Assembly (NCBI RefSeq): GCF_006345805.1
Contig: NC_043018.1
Span: 8,494,001-8,558,000 of the forward strand
Reading direction: 5' to 3'
Length of the DNA: 64,000 bases
Origin: Octopus sinensis
Lineage: Eukaryota
Below, in pieces: positions 12,931 to 26,669 of the stretch. Made by a program: the position numbers and the translations under genes. The notes below the pieces were generated by a model. That model saw only the letters and a program-made list of their open reading frames with translations, was not told where the DNA came from and did not search any database. The stretch's first letter is position 1. Each line of letters starts with the position of its first letter.

Positions 12931-15353
12931 ATTAATTATCAGAAGAAGTTACAGAGTGACTCAAGGGCTGAAAGTTACATGTACCAACACACAAGTCTCG
13001 GCCCTTGAATTATCCTGAAACTGTTGCCAGTAATTAATTACATACATATATAAAATCCCATCTGCATTGGTATGGTCACGTGATGTGTATGGATGAGGAC
13101 GGCTGTGTAAAGAAGTGCTGATATCTAACTGTGGAGGAAACCTGTGGAAGAGGAAGACCCTGGAAGACATGGGATGAGATGGTGAAGCAATGACAAGTGA
13201 CTAAAACATTTGGCAATTTGCTGTGCACCAAGTGAACTCATAGTTGTGTCAGTACCGGTGACATGTGAAAGGCACCCACTACACTCCTGGAGTGGATGGT
13301 GTTAGGAAGGGCATCCAGCCATAGAAATGAAGCCAAATCAGACTGAATCCTGGTACAGCTCCCTGGCTTATCGATCCTAGTTAAACCATGCAACTCTTGT
13401 CAACATGGAAAACAAATGCTAAATGATGATGATGATGATGGTGATATATAAATCAACTTCGATGAATGGCATCCGTGCTGGCGGAGTGCAAAGAGCACCA
13501 TACGAGTGTGATTGTTGATAGAGCGGCTAACCGGCTTCCGTGCCAGTGGCACATAAAAGGCACCATTCGAGTGTGATAGTTACCAGCGTCGCCTTACTGG
13601 TACGTGTGCCCCATGCTAGTAGGGTGCTAAGAGCACCATCTGAGCGTGATCGTTGCCGGAGTGGCTAACTAGCTTCTGTGCCGGTGACACGTAAAAGGCA
13701 CCATTCGAGTGTGATCGTTACCAGCATCACCTTACTGGCACCTGTGCTGGTGGCATGTGTAAAAAGATTCAAGCGAGGTCGTTGCTAGTACCGCCTGACT
13801 GGCCCCCATGCTGGTGGCACGTAAAAAGCGCCCACTACACTCTCGGAGTGGTTGGCGTTAGGAAGGGCATCCAGCAGTAGAAACTCTGCCAGATCAGGCT
13901 GGAGCCTGGTGCAGCCTCCTGGATTCCCAGACCCCGGTCGAACCATCCAACCCATGCTAGCATGGAAAGGGGACGTTAAACAATGATGATGATGATGGGC
14001 TTCCATATAATTTGTTTACCAGTTCCACTCACTCACAAGGCATTAGTTGGCATGTACACATATCTACAGACATAAACACTAGATATACTTAAATACCATC
14101 TACAAATACCAAACATCCATAATTACGGCTGTACACACACACACACACACAGACACACAGACACACAGTAGCATCTATAAATTCATATACAGACAGACAG
14201 ACAGGCACACTGGAACAACAACAACAACAACAACAATAGATACCCCAACTATTATGTTACATGTGAAAGAAGCACATATGTAAGCATCACAAAGTACTTT
14301 TACACTCAGCATGGAATGTAGAACATGAGAGGGGAAAAGAGGAGAAGAGAGAGAGAAGAAAGTGGATAGGATTTAGAGAAGGGGAGAAAAAGGGGAGAGC
14401 GACAGAAAGACGAAAGGGAGAGAAAAAGGCAGAGTCGTTGGATATGAAAACAGCCTAAAGGAGCGTCCTTGGGCTACATATCTGAGTATGTTTTTTATGT
14501 AGATACGTGAGGGTTGAGAAGAACAACATGCTTTTTTGCTTTCAAATTACAAACAGAAAAATACTCTTAGAAATACATAAATATCTCTCTTTACTCTTTT
14601 ACTTGTTTCAGTCGTTTGACTGTGGCCATGCTGGAGCACCGCCTTTTAGTCAAGCAAATCGACCCCCAGGACTTATTCTTTGTAAGCCTAGTACTTATTC
14701 TATCGGTCTCTTTTGCTGAACCGCTAAGTAACAGGGATGTAAACACCAGCATCGGTTGTCAAGCGATGTTGGTGGGGGACAAACATAGACACATAAACAT
14801 ATACACACACACATATATATATACATATACACGACAGGCTTCTTTTCAGTTTCTGTCTACCAAATCCACTCACAAGGCTTTGGTCAGCCCGAGGCTATAG
14901 TAGAAGACACTTGTCCAAGATGCCCATGCAGTGGGACTGAACTCGGAACCATGTGGTTGGTAAGCAAGCTACTTACCACACAGCCACCCCTACGCCTATA
15001 AGATAATAATAATAACAATCCTTTCTACCACAGGCACAAGGCCTGAAATTTTGGGGATGGAAATAGTCGTTTACATCAACACCCAGTGTATTACTGGTAC
15101 TTAATTTATTGACCCCCTCCGCTCCCAACAGAATGAAAGGTAAAGTCGATCTCAGTGGAATTTGAACTCAAAACAAAGACGGATGAAATGCTGCCAAGCA
15201 CTTTTCTCAGCATGGTAATGATTCTGCCAGCTCGCCATAATAATAATCCTTTCTACCATAGGCACAAGGCCTGATATTTTGTTGGGGAGGGGGGAATCAG
15301 TCGATTACATCGACCCCAAAAGGATGAAAGGCAAAGTCGACATCGATGGAATT

Positions 15354-15385
<32 letters not shown>

Positions 15386-15625
15386 TAATTCTTTTTATTG
15401 GCCACAAGGGCTGACAAACATAATTGGAAAACATAAAGGGACAAAACAGGACGAAAGGTTACAAAAGGTTTTGTCCATTTTTCGAAACAAAAAAGTCCAT
15501 GTAAACAAGCTTTACAACAACGAAAAAATTCGACAATTTATAAAACTCCCAATAGAGGAGACGCTTCGAAAAAAGGAAAGGCCTCAAGTGGAAAAACCCA
15601 TAAAAGCCACGGGAGCCTGGTCAAA

Positions 15626-15665
<40 letters not shown>

Positions 15666-16019
15666 GTTCTTTATTTGCCACAAGGGCAAAATATAAGAGA
15701 CATTACTTGGCATTAGGAAGGGCATCCAGCCGTAGAAACATTGCCAGATCAGACTGGGCCTGCTGCAGCCTTCTGGCTTCCCAGACCCCAGTTGCACCAT
15801 CCAACACATGCTAGCATGGAAAGCGGACACTAAACGATGATGATGATGATGATGATGACAAAGATGGGGTAAGGCAGCTGGCTAGCAGAATCCGTTAGTG
15901 CTTTGGACAAAATGCTTAGCAGAATGTAAAGACAGATGAAATACTGCTAAACATTTCATCCGTCTTAACGTTTACAAAGTGGAATTTTGCCATTTTATCG
16001 GCAGCTTATTTATGCTGGC

Positions 16020-17155
16020 AGCAAAGAATTCTGGAGAGCAAGAGGTGACGAAATTACAAAAGGCTGTATTGCATTTTCTTCAGATTTGAAGTTTTTTCCT
16101 TGCAAAAAGTTGTTTAATGCCTGGAAAACGGGGGGGGGGGGGGATAGTCAGTTGGAGCAAAGGCTGGTGAATATGGTGGATGACAGAGTACTTCCAAGTT
16201 CAGTTCCTGTAACTTGAGTAGCGTTCCTTGTGCAACATGTGGTCAAGCATTGTCTTGCAAGAGAATTGTCCAGTCTCTATTGACCAATCTCAGTTGTTTA
16301 ATTGTAAGTTCCCTCATCATTTCATCCAACTGGTTGATGTATACAGCTTCTGTAATTGATTTATCACATAAAGCTGTAGTGGATGACACCAGCACTGAAC
16401 TACCAAACAGACACCATTAGCTTTTTTTAGTGAATATTCATTTTTGGGTTGTGTTTTGGCACTTTGTCTCTATCCAACCACCCTGCAGAACGCTTGCTAT
16501 TGTTGAAAAGAATCCATTTCTCATTACATGTAACAATACAACACAAAAGTGGTTTGCTTCTATGCCATGACGGCAAAGAACAGCAAGTTTCAAGATGACG
16601 TGTCATTTGATGCTCATTCAGATTGTGTGGTACCCACTTGTCCAGCTTCTTTACTTTGCTGATTTGTTTCAAATGGTCCAATACAGTTGGAATCAAATCG
16701 AACTTTGCTGTTTACTCAAGCGTAGTTTGAGATGTATCTGCTTCCACTACAGTTTCCAGCTCATCATTATCCACCTTGGTCTCAGGTCTACCATAGGGCT
16801 GATTTTCAAGAGTAAAGTCACCAGACCAGAACGTCTCAAACCATCAACGTACAGTGCGCTCCTTTGCCACATCTTCACCAAACATCTCACTGATGTTTCG
16901 AACTGTCTGGGATGCATTGGTTCCACAACGGAACTCATATTCATAAACAACACAAATTTTGTATCTCTCCATGGGTTCACAAAAATTGATTTACAAGAGA
17001 AAACTCTCAATATAATCAAACACCATGAATTGCATTTCGAAAAGTGATGATGTAACTCTTCAATGTTGAAAAACAAAGAATTGTTGGAATAACGCATTAG
17101 AGTTAACAATTGCCAAACTTGGTGCATAAGAAAATTGGACATTTCATTCTGAATT
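16020..17155 (-). pseudogene. Degraded mariner (DD34D, Hsmar1-like) transposase
   Basis: 'HLKQISKVKKLDKWVPHNL' (WVPH motif) and 'IVTCNEKWILFNN' (TCDEKW motif), with multiple stops and frameshifts. Confidence 0.88.
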
Positions 17156-18769
17156 ACTAGATGAGAAGGCGCATGGTTCAGTGGTTAAACCGTTGGGCTC
17201 ACAATCACAAGGTAGTGAATTTGATTCCAGACCAGGCTGTATGCTGTGTTCTTGAGCAAGACACTTTATTTCACGTTGCTCCAGTTAACTCAGCTGTAGA
17301 AATGAGTTGTGAAGTCACTGATGCCAAGCTGTATCATCCTTTCCTGTTCCTTTGGATAACATTGGTGGCATGCAGAGGGAAGGCTCGTATGCATGGGTGA
17401 CTACTGGTCTTCCATAAACAACCTTGCCCAGACTTGTGCCTTGGAGGGGAACATTCTAGGAGCAATCCCACAGTCATTCATGACCGAAGGGGCTCTTTAC
17501 CCCTATATATATATATATGAAAGAATATTCCTCATTCTAAAAATGGCCCAATAATAGAATGGTAATCCTGTCCATCTGTCTGCGGTTGTCTTGCCAAGTG
17601 ACCATCAATGAAGGGTTCGGAGGAGAGGGTTAATGAATGTAGTGTGGTGGTGGGTGAAAGCTGTGATAGTGGAGGTGGGAGGAGTGATAGAAAATGGGGG
17701 CGGGGTTAAGACATCCTTCAAGAAACCCAACAGACCTCGGCTGTCAACTTCTTAATATTAATAAGAAAATGAGATTTTCGAATGACCTTGGATAATCATT
17801 TAATGCTTTGTTGTTATTGAGTTAGGTTTGTTGTTTGTGATATTATTTGCAATGCTTTACCTTATATGCTGTGTGAGCATTTGGGTTAGTTTGTTATGTG
17901 CCTAGCGGGTTGTGTGAATTGTATCATATATTTAATGCCAGGTGGTGATTATGTAAGAGTATATATACTGTACAGGTTATTATTGTTATTATTATTATTA
18001 TTATTGAGTGGGAATTTTGTAAAATGTGATTTGGTGATGGTGTAATATCTTGGTAGTTTTATTGTACAGAGAGGTGCCATGATAGATCGTTAGCTCCTAC
18101 ACGCATTTTTTTCTCTCCTTGTTTTTTTTCTGTGTATCTTTCTGTTGAAGAGCATACGCTCGAAACGTAAAAGACTTTTTCTATTTCTATTCCTGAGCGC
18201 CATACTAATACATTTGTTTGTTTGGACTCCACCTGCCTTCATCTTTTGTTTATTTTCATAAACCTTCCCGTTATATATATATATATACTTTATTTAAAGC
18301 AGCAGAAAATTCAACAAAACCTGTTACTCCGAGTTTCCCATTGCCGTTCATCGGACAGTTTTTGCTAGAATATATACACACCAGAAAAACCAGGAGACTG
18401 GCTCTGTGCTGCTTACAGAGTAATGTGGATTAACCATGATGAAAGGTGTTCCAGCCTTGACTACCCCGTCTTTTTAGGTTGTGTACTTACTACTTTACTT
18501 AAGCCCTTCACTCTCTCTGGAGCAGAAACCATCGATGACTTTTCTCCACTGTTTTTGAGCCTGGGCTGTTCTTTTCTGCTCCTCGCCAGAGGCCTTCCTC
18601 TCTGGGTCCGGTTGGTTTTCTATTGTCATTGATGCTTCAGTAACTTCGATTTTTTTTAAAGGTAGAAATCTTATCATCATCGTCATTTAACATCCACCTT
18701 CCATACTGGTACGGGTTGGATGGTTTGACAGGAGCCAGCCAGGTAGAACGCTGCAGTAGATTTCTGTGT

Positions 18770-19130
18770 CTGTTTAGGCATGGTTTTTACAGCTGGATGC
18801 CCTTCCCTAACACCAGCCACCTAGGACAGAGGGCCAAGTGCTTTTTATGTAGAACCAGCACAGGCAGGGTCAGTTTTGACAAGGTTTTTACAGCTGGATG
18901 CCCTTCCTTAACACCAGCCACCTAACAGAGTGGGTCAAGTGCTTTTTATGTAGAACCAGCACAGGCAGGGTCAGTTTTGAGATGGTTTTTACAGCTGGAT
19001 GCCCTTCCTTAACACCAGCCACCTAGCAGAGTGGGCCAAGTGCTTTTTATGTAGAACCAGCACAGGCAGGGTCAGTTTTGAGATGGCTTTTACAGCTGGA
19101 TGCCCTTCCTAACACCAACCACTTTACAGT
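18770..19130. repeat. Tandem repeat of about 100 bp (about 3.5 units) within an RTE-type 3' UTR
   Basis: Repeated 'ggtttttacagctggatgcccttcc...gtagaaccagcacaggcagggtcagttttga'. Confidence 0.8.
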
Positions 19131-20419
19131 GTGAACTGAGTGCTTTTTACATAGCACCAGCACTGGCAGGGTCACCAAGTAACTTGCAAGACTAAGAACC
19201 TTTGAGGGAGCATTGAAGGTCTCAGCCCTATATAAATCCATTTTCACCTCTGGGAAGCCATGGGCTCTGTCCTTTGATCTGTTCAGCATGGGAGACTCTA
19301 CAAGGAGACTGTATTCCACTGGCATAGCGCTTAGGGTCACTTAGGTACAGAAGCCACCAAACTGAAACAAGGACCTTCTTTAATTACTGTTTTGAGGGTA
19401 ACTGCCATTTTTTAAATAAATTACAATATAGAGTGGTTGTATAAAGTCAACATAAGGTGACAGTCCCGTAGAGGGAATTACACAACTGCTATATAGCCCT
19501 AGGAAGCATCGACGCTTCCTGTCGGCTTCGACACATTTCCTGTGTCCTTATATTTGCGAAGGGGGAGGCAAGCACCCCCATCAGCTAGGACTTTCAAATT
19601 ACAATATATTTTACCAGTTGTTATATAACAACAGAACAATTTCAGGAGACGTTGTCTTCTAGAAACTTTTATTTTTTGAGGAAAAATCTTGTGCCAAATA
19701 ATAATTCCACTTGGTTGATTATGCTGGCAAACCAGCACCCATCTATGATGTTCTTTATGTTTTGGCTTGGCACCACACGTGTGTGTGTGTGCATGTGAAT
19801 AACTCCGTTAACATGAGACATCTATACTAACACTGCTGATACTAGTGCAGTCCTCTAAGGAATACTCATTAGTATTTTCTTCCTTTTTTTTTATCATTTT
19901 GGAATGTGTGTCTTTTGAGACAATGGGTTTTTTTTTGCGTTCTCACTTGTGAATGTCCTGTATGAGATAATCCTGATTCTGCAGTTTTCTTTTGAGTTAC
20001 GTAAAATAAAATTTTGATAAAAAAAAGAAAAAAGAACAAACTTTTCTTGCTCTCTACAAACCCTGAATGGGTTGACTAAAATTATGTGCTGGACATCGGA
20101 GCTGTCTGTGTGCAACAATCTCCAATTAAAATATTCTATAAAATAAAAATATTCTGTTTTGAAGAGCAGCTTGAAAAGACACCCAACAAAGACAACAAAG
20201 GATTTTTATCATAGGCACAAGGCCAGAAATTTTGAGGGAAGGGAGGAGCTAGTTGATTATATTGACCCCCCCCCTAGTCAACTGGTACTTATTTTATCAA
20301 CCTCGAAAGAATAGAAGGCAAAACTGACATCAGCAGTATTTAAACTCAAAACATAAAAAGAGAAGAAATTCCATTAAGCACTTTCTCTGGCGTACCAACG
20401 ATTCTGCAAACTTGCTACC

Positions 20420-20467
<48 letters not shown>

Positions 20468-21636
20468 GCCCTAATGCAGTACCAGGCAGTGGCTCTTGTG
20501 GCTTCTGATCTTAACTGATTGGAAGTGTTATCATGTACATTGTTTTGTCTTGGTATAAAAGATGGGCTACAGCAAATATTCTGCTCAATACCACAGATTC
20601 GCTTGTCAGTTGTTTGACCATAACCAGTTGACCATGTCCCTTAGTGGCTGGCAATATGTGCATCTCTGACCACGAGCAGAAAACACTTGCCCAAGGTGCC
20701 ACTCAGTGGGACTGAACCCGGAACCCGGAACCATGGCCATGTGTTGAGAGGAATTCTTTGGAGTCTGGATAATTCACCTTTGGAAACATGGGTAGTTCGT
20801 TCAACATCCTTAATTCTTATTCAGGGACCTTTTGAGCAGGATGGGCTACTCAACCAGAAGAAAATTCTAACTGAGCTCCACCTGCAAGGTCATGTGCTGT
20901 CTATCTTGATATGAGATCACCATGTCGCACACATTTGGTTGTGATGCATGTGCCTGGTGTACCCTTATCAGACGGGTAATCTTGATGGGTATAGTGGGCT
21001 TTGTATATTTGTACCCCAGTGTCACTTTGATGGCATGCACTTCTTTCTCACTCAATAATAATAATAATAATAATAATAATCCTTTCTACTGAAAGCACAA
21101 GGCTTCAAATTTGGCGGAAGGGATTAAGTTGATTACATCGACCCCAGTGTGTAACTGATACTTATTTAATCGACCCTGAAAGGATGAAAAGTCAAGTCGA
21201 CCCTGGCAGAATTTGAACTCAGAACACAGCAATGGGCAAAATATCGCTAAGTATTTTGCCTGGCCTGCTAACGATTTTGCCAGTTGCCACTTTAATAATA
21301 ATAACCCTTTCTAATAAAGGGACAAAGCATAAAATTTGGAGGAGAGGAGTAGTCAATTACATCGACCCCAGTGTTTCACTGGTACTTAATTTATTGACCC
21401 TGAAAAGATGAAAGGTAAAGTCAACCTCAGATGAATTTGAACTCAGAATGTTTAGATGGATGAAATGCTGCTAAGCATTTTTGTCCAGCATTATAACCAT
21501 TCTGCCAGCTTGCCACTTTAACGATAACAATAAGAAGAAGAATAAAGAAGGGGACATTACAAAGTCAGGTTATATAAAGTGTGGAGGTTTACATTCAAAT
21601 CAAATGAGGAAAAAATACGAAATGAGAATAAAAGTA

Positions 21637-23154
21637 CCATAAATCCTCGAGTATAATCCGCATTTTTTCCCCCAAAAATTTAAAGGTCAAAATCCCTAGT
21701 GCATACTATATACAAGGTTAAAAATGAAAATTGTTTTCTAAGCAATGTCCGAGTCTCTATTTGCTGTCTGGCAATGTTTATTCAGACGCATTTTGTGATG
21801 TCAGGCACGAAAATACCTTAACCCTTTCGTTACCAAACCGCCCGAAAAAAATTTTGGTTAATGTGACCAAACCGACCAAACCCGCCCGAATTTACCTATT
21901 CATATTTAAATGAGAATATCAGAGCAAATCTCTTTAGTACATTCGTGAAAATACGTATTATACTTCATAAACAGTTCAACTACAGTTTTGTACAAAAATC
22001 GAAGTGTAATTTTAATTCAGTGAATTTTGGGAGATTTTTTTCCGTAATTTGTTCCTATTGTGTTTTCAAAATTTGTAATTCTGACAAAAAATGGATACGA
22101 ATTTCATTATATCAAGCAGCGAGTCATCATTCGAAGGATTTTCTACTGAAGACCTTCATAAATCTAACTCTATGACTGAAAAAAAAAAGCATGTGGTATT
22201 TGATAATGAATCTGATGTTTCATTTTCCGAAAATGAAAACAGTGAATCCGAGAGCTCCGACATCGATAAAGAAAATGAATTGGCACCTGAATGGAGTGAA
22301 AATTTAAAAACTGTTTCTTTCGGTGATTTTTCTGAAGAAACTGGACCAAGCCACAGACTTTCCCAGGAGAGTAAAGCCTTAGACTATTTCTTTTTACTTT
22401 TTCGAATGAGCCTATTTGAACTCATTACGGCAAAAACGAACCGTTACGCTAAATGTAAACAAAACGAATGAAAGTGGTTTCCCATAACCTTAAATGAAAT
22501 TAAGACTATTTTGCCATAAATATTATTATGGGTATCAGAAAGTTACCCAGAATAACAAATTCTATCGTAAAATTTTGTTGTATACCGAATTGAATATTAG
22601 CTAATAACCCATTTTCTATAGTGATGTTTGAACAAAATTTTAATAATTTTATATTTTGCTGAATTTACCTGTATCTACCTGCAATTAGAGTCACTTTGTG
22701 ACAAAAATTATAGTATAGAATTGGTTGAGAACATTTCATTAAATTATCTTCCAAAATTCACGTTAATATATTGATAAATAAAAAAGTTATAGTTGTGGTC
22801 AGAAATATAGTAACGAAAGGGTTAAGCTAAGCCTGAAAGCAATGAAGTCATAAAAGAATCATCCATAACTTGCAGTAAGCAGCATTTATTAAACGTTATT
22901 ACTGTTATTTCTTTATTTTCTGCAAACAAAATGCACAAAAAAGCTACACATTTGCATTATGTTATATATACAATAATAATAAAGGACGTCACCGTATACA
23001 GTTTTACAAACCTAGGACGTTATATAGACCTCCTTGGCTCAAGTTAGAGAAGGGGTGCATATTATACACAAGGTTTAGGTTTTTCAGAGGTACAGCCCCC
23101 TAAAAATCCCCTGCGTATTATACTCAAGGGTGGACTATACTCGAGGATTTATGG
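21637..23154 (+). mobile_element. Non-autonomous TA-flanked DNA transposon (Tc2/pogo-like TIR) carrying a nested piggyBac
   Basis: Perfect 19-bp TIR ccataaatcctcgagtata / tatactcgaggatttatgg with TA on both sides. An uninterrupted copy lies at about 25603-26112 (opposite orientation) and a partial one at about 3609-3860. Confidence 0.9.
21822..22821 (+). mobile_element. Internally deleted piggyBac element (1000 bp) with a transposase N-terminal remnant (ORF 22091-22471)
   Basis: TTAA TSDs at 21818-21821 and 22822-22825, and TIR ccctttcgttac / gtaacgaaaggg. The ORF has an acidic N-terminus and PGBD-type 'DYFFLLF...ITAKTNRYA'. Confidence 0.92.
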
Positions 23155-25602
23155 TATACAAATAATTGATGAAAGATGATATTGTTCTCTTGATATAGGA
23201 CCTTGAACTGGGGTCAACTGAGTGGGGTGTTGCATTGAGGAAGGTGGCTTTATGCCAGGTGATGAGAGGGAAAAATATGATAGAGGGACAGAAATAGGTG
23301 TCTTGTTTTGGAGGAGATACATGGTTGCCCCAGACAGAAGGAAGGAGAAGATGACGGTGAAGAGATGGCAGAGTGTACCCCAAAGTTACATGAAGGGAAA
23401 TATGAGGGAGTGATACAAAGAAGTAGTCCAGAAGATTGGACAGGGTCTATATTTTATCTGACTTTACAAATGAGTTTAAATTGACCTTAATATGGCTAAT
23501 TTTCTGTTTGAGTTTATTCTTTAAGTTTTTGTACACTGTGTAAATTTGCCCCATTAACATATAAATATCTATCAAATTCCGCCGAGGTCGACTTTGCCTT
23601 TCATCCTTTCAGGGTCGATAAATTAAGTACCATTTGTGTACTGGGGCTGATCTAATCGAGTAGACCCCACAAAAAAATTTCGGGCTGTGTGCCTAGAGTA
23701 GAAAAGAATATATCACATGATCATGTGACCAACCAGGTCATCAGATGTTGCTACACATCGCTGGTCACAATGTGCTTCGCATTGTTTTAGCCTTCAAATG
23801 ATGCCACCCCACTGGTTAAACGAGCAGGCCAACAGAAGAAAGAGTGAGAGAAAGTTGTGGTGAAAGAGTACAGCAGGGATCTCCACCACCCCCTGCCGGA
23901 GCCTCGTGGAGCTTTAGGTGTTTTCACTCAATAAACACTCACAGCACCCGGTCTGGGAATCGAAACCGCGATCCTACAACCGTGAGTCCGCTGCCCTAAC
24001 CACTGGGCCATTGTGCCTCCACAGAAAAGAATAAAAAAATATTTATATATATTTATACATGAATATCCATCATCTGAAAATTTTCAGTCTTTGCTTTTTA
24101 TATCAAACCCAAGTGGTTTTATTTGTTTATTTGCATCATTATCTCCAAATCTGTTCACCTGAATTCCTCTGGGTCCTTGGCAAAGGTTTCAAAGTGTAAG
24201 TTCAAATCATTTGAGCACTACTAAGTGTTTTCTATACCAGCAATATCAGAATCTCGTCAACTCTAAATCACCAAATATGTCCTCAAACACCCTTTACGCT
24301 CTGTACATATAACACACCCAGACATATACATACACTCAGACACACACACACATACATGTACAAAGATAAGTATACATACATATCTATAATATATTATTAC
24401 AAAGAAAAAGTTGATAGTAACTTCAAAGTTTCAGCTGTGTGGTTTACACCAGATTGTAAATTACATTATTCTTCCATGTATTCATCATCATCATCATCGT
24501 TTAACGTCCGCTTTCCATGCTAGCATGGGTTGGACGGTTCAACTGGGGTCTGGGAAGCCAGAAGGCTGCACCAGGCTCCAGTCTGATCTGGCAATGTTTC
24601 TACGGCTGGATGCCCTTCCTAATGCCAACCACTCCGTGAGTGTAGTGGGTGCTTTTTACGTGCCACCTGCACAGGTGCCAGATGAGGCTGGCAATGGCCA
24701 CAATCGGATGGTGCTTTCTACGTGCCACTGGCACGGAGGCCAGTCGGGGCGGCGTTGGCAACGGCCACGTTTGGATGGTTCTCTTATGTGCCACCGGCAC
24801 TGGTATCACAGCTACAATTTCCATTGATGTTCATCGATTTCGATTTTCACTTGCCTCAACAGGTCTTCACACGTAGGGTTTGTGTCACAAGAAGGAAAGG
24901 TATGCATAAGTGGGCCGGCTACATCCCAGGTAGAGGCCACGGGTTCAATCTGTGGGAGGAGCAATGGAACTGAGAAGTGGGTGTGGTGTAATAGTGTAGT
25001 TTTGTAATACATAAAGAAATATCTTTTTGGAGGGTTTGCATGAGTGAGGATTGAAGGTGTGGTAAAATAATGAATTTTTGCTCATAGTTAGTATTTATTC
25101 AAGCATGTCTGTAAACATAGTTCTAACAGGTAAGACTTGTACAGGAGGAAATGTTCTGGAAATGCTGCCTCATGACCTTCACCCATGATACAATGACTCT
25201 CCCTCCCCACCTCCCACGTCATGCATTATGCTTGTCCTCCCCTTCAGCTCCTAAAGCCCACCAAACCATGTCATCTCCTCCTCATCCCAACCTACCAGCA
25301 ACTGTACCCTCTTCCTACTCCTGCTATATGCTCCCTCTTACTGCATTCCCCTACCTCCCCCCCCAACATATTGCTCTTTGTTCATCCACCCCTTTAACCC
25401 TCTCCTTCTAAGAAATCTCTCCCCCACCCCCATCACTACATTCTCCTTCTCATAACCTTGCAAACTGCCCACCTACTTCTATTCAGTTCCTTGCCTTCTG
25501 GGGCCATCTGGGCACATCATTGCCATTATCTATATTCTGCAGCTCCCTACTGAACATTTTCTTTTTCTCTCTCTCCCCTTTTCCCCATATGAGACATGAG
25601 TA

Positions 25603-26112
25603 CCATAAATCCTCAAGTATAGTCCACCCTTGAGTATAATACGCAGGGGATTTTTAGGGGGCTGTACCTCTGAAAAACCTAAACCTTGTGTATAATACGC
25701 ACCCCTTCTCTAACTTGAGTCAAGGTCTATATAACGTCCTTGGTTTGTAAAAATGTATACAGTAACGTCCTTTATTATTATTGTATATATAACATAGTGC
25801 AAACGTGTAGCTTTTTTGTGCATTTTGTTTGCAGAAAATAAAGAAATAACAGTAATAACGTTTAATAAATGTTGCTTACTGCAAGTTATGGATGATTCTT
25901 TTATGACTTCATTGCTTTCAGGCTTAGCTTAAGGTATTTTCACGCCCGACATCAGAAAATACGTCTGAATAAACATTGCAGGACAGCAAATAGAGACTTG
26001 GACATTGCTTAGAAAATATTTTTCATTTTTAACCTTGTATATGATACGCACTAGGGATTTTGACCTTTAAATTTTTGGGGGAAAAAGGCGGATTATATTC
26101 GAGGATTTACGG
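25603..26112 (-). mobile_element. Uninterrupted copy of the Tc2/pogo-like MITE
   Basis: TIR ccataaatcctc...gaggatttacgg with TA flanks. Colinear in reverse with 21637-23154 once the piggyBac is removed. Confidence 0.88.
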
Positions 26113-26669
26113 TATGCAGATTCCTCTACAAGAACCTGCTCTGCACTTCTCCACCAGGGTTCACAAACTGCATGGCAACCTCAGTTGTGAGGGTAGCACA
26201 GAAAAAGCACCCAGTACACACTGTCAAGTGGCTGGCATTAGGAAGGGCATCCAGCTATAGAAACCATGCCAAAACAGACAATGGGGCATGATGCAGTCCT
26301 TGGATTCATCAGAAACTGTCAAACTTTCCAACCCATGCTAGCATGGAGCATGGATGTGTATATATTTATTAGTATTTAACAGAAGCAACAGAGTGACTCA
26401 AGGGCCAAGACTTTCGTGCATTAGCACCTATATGTATATATACAAAGTAGGTACTGTAAGTTTAGAGTGAATACTTGATAAGTGTAAGCACCTGTATATG
26501 CCAGATAGTGACAGAGGTAGGAGGGAATATATCAAATAAAATCAAAAACAGAAAACAAAGGATATCACGGTACACGTGTTTCAAGCTTTATAAACAATCT
26601 GTTATTACATCAATGTATTATTGATATAAAAGATGGTTTAAAGCTCTCTGCAGCTGCAATCATTGTTAG

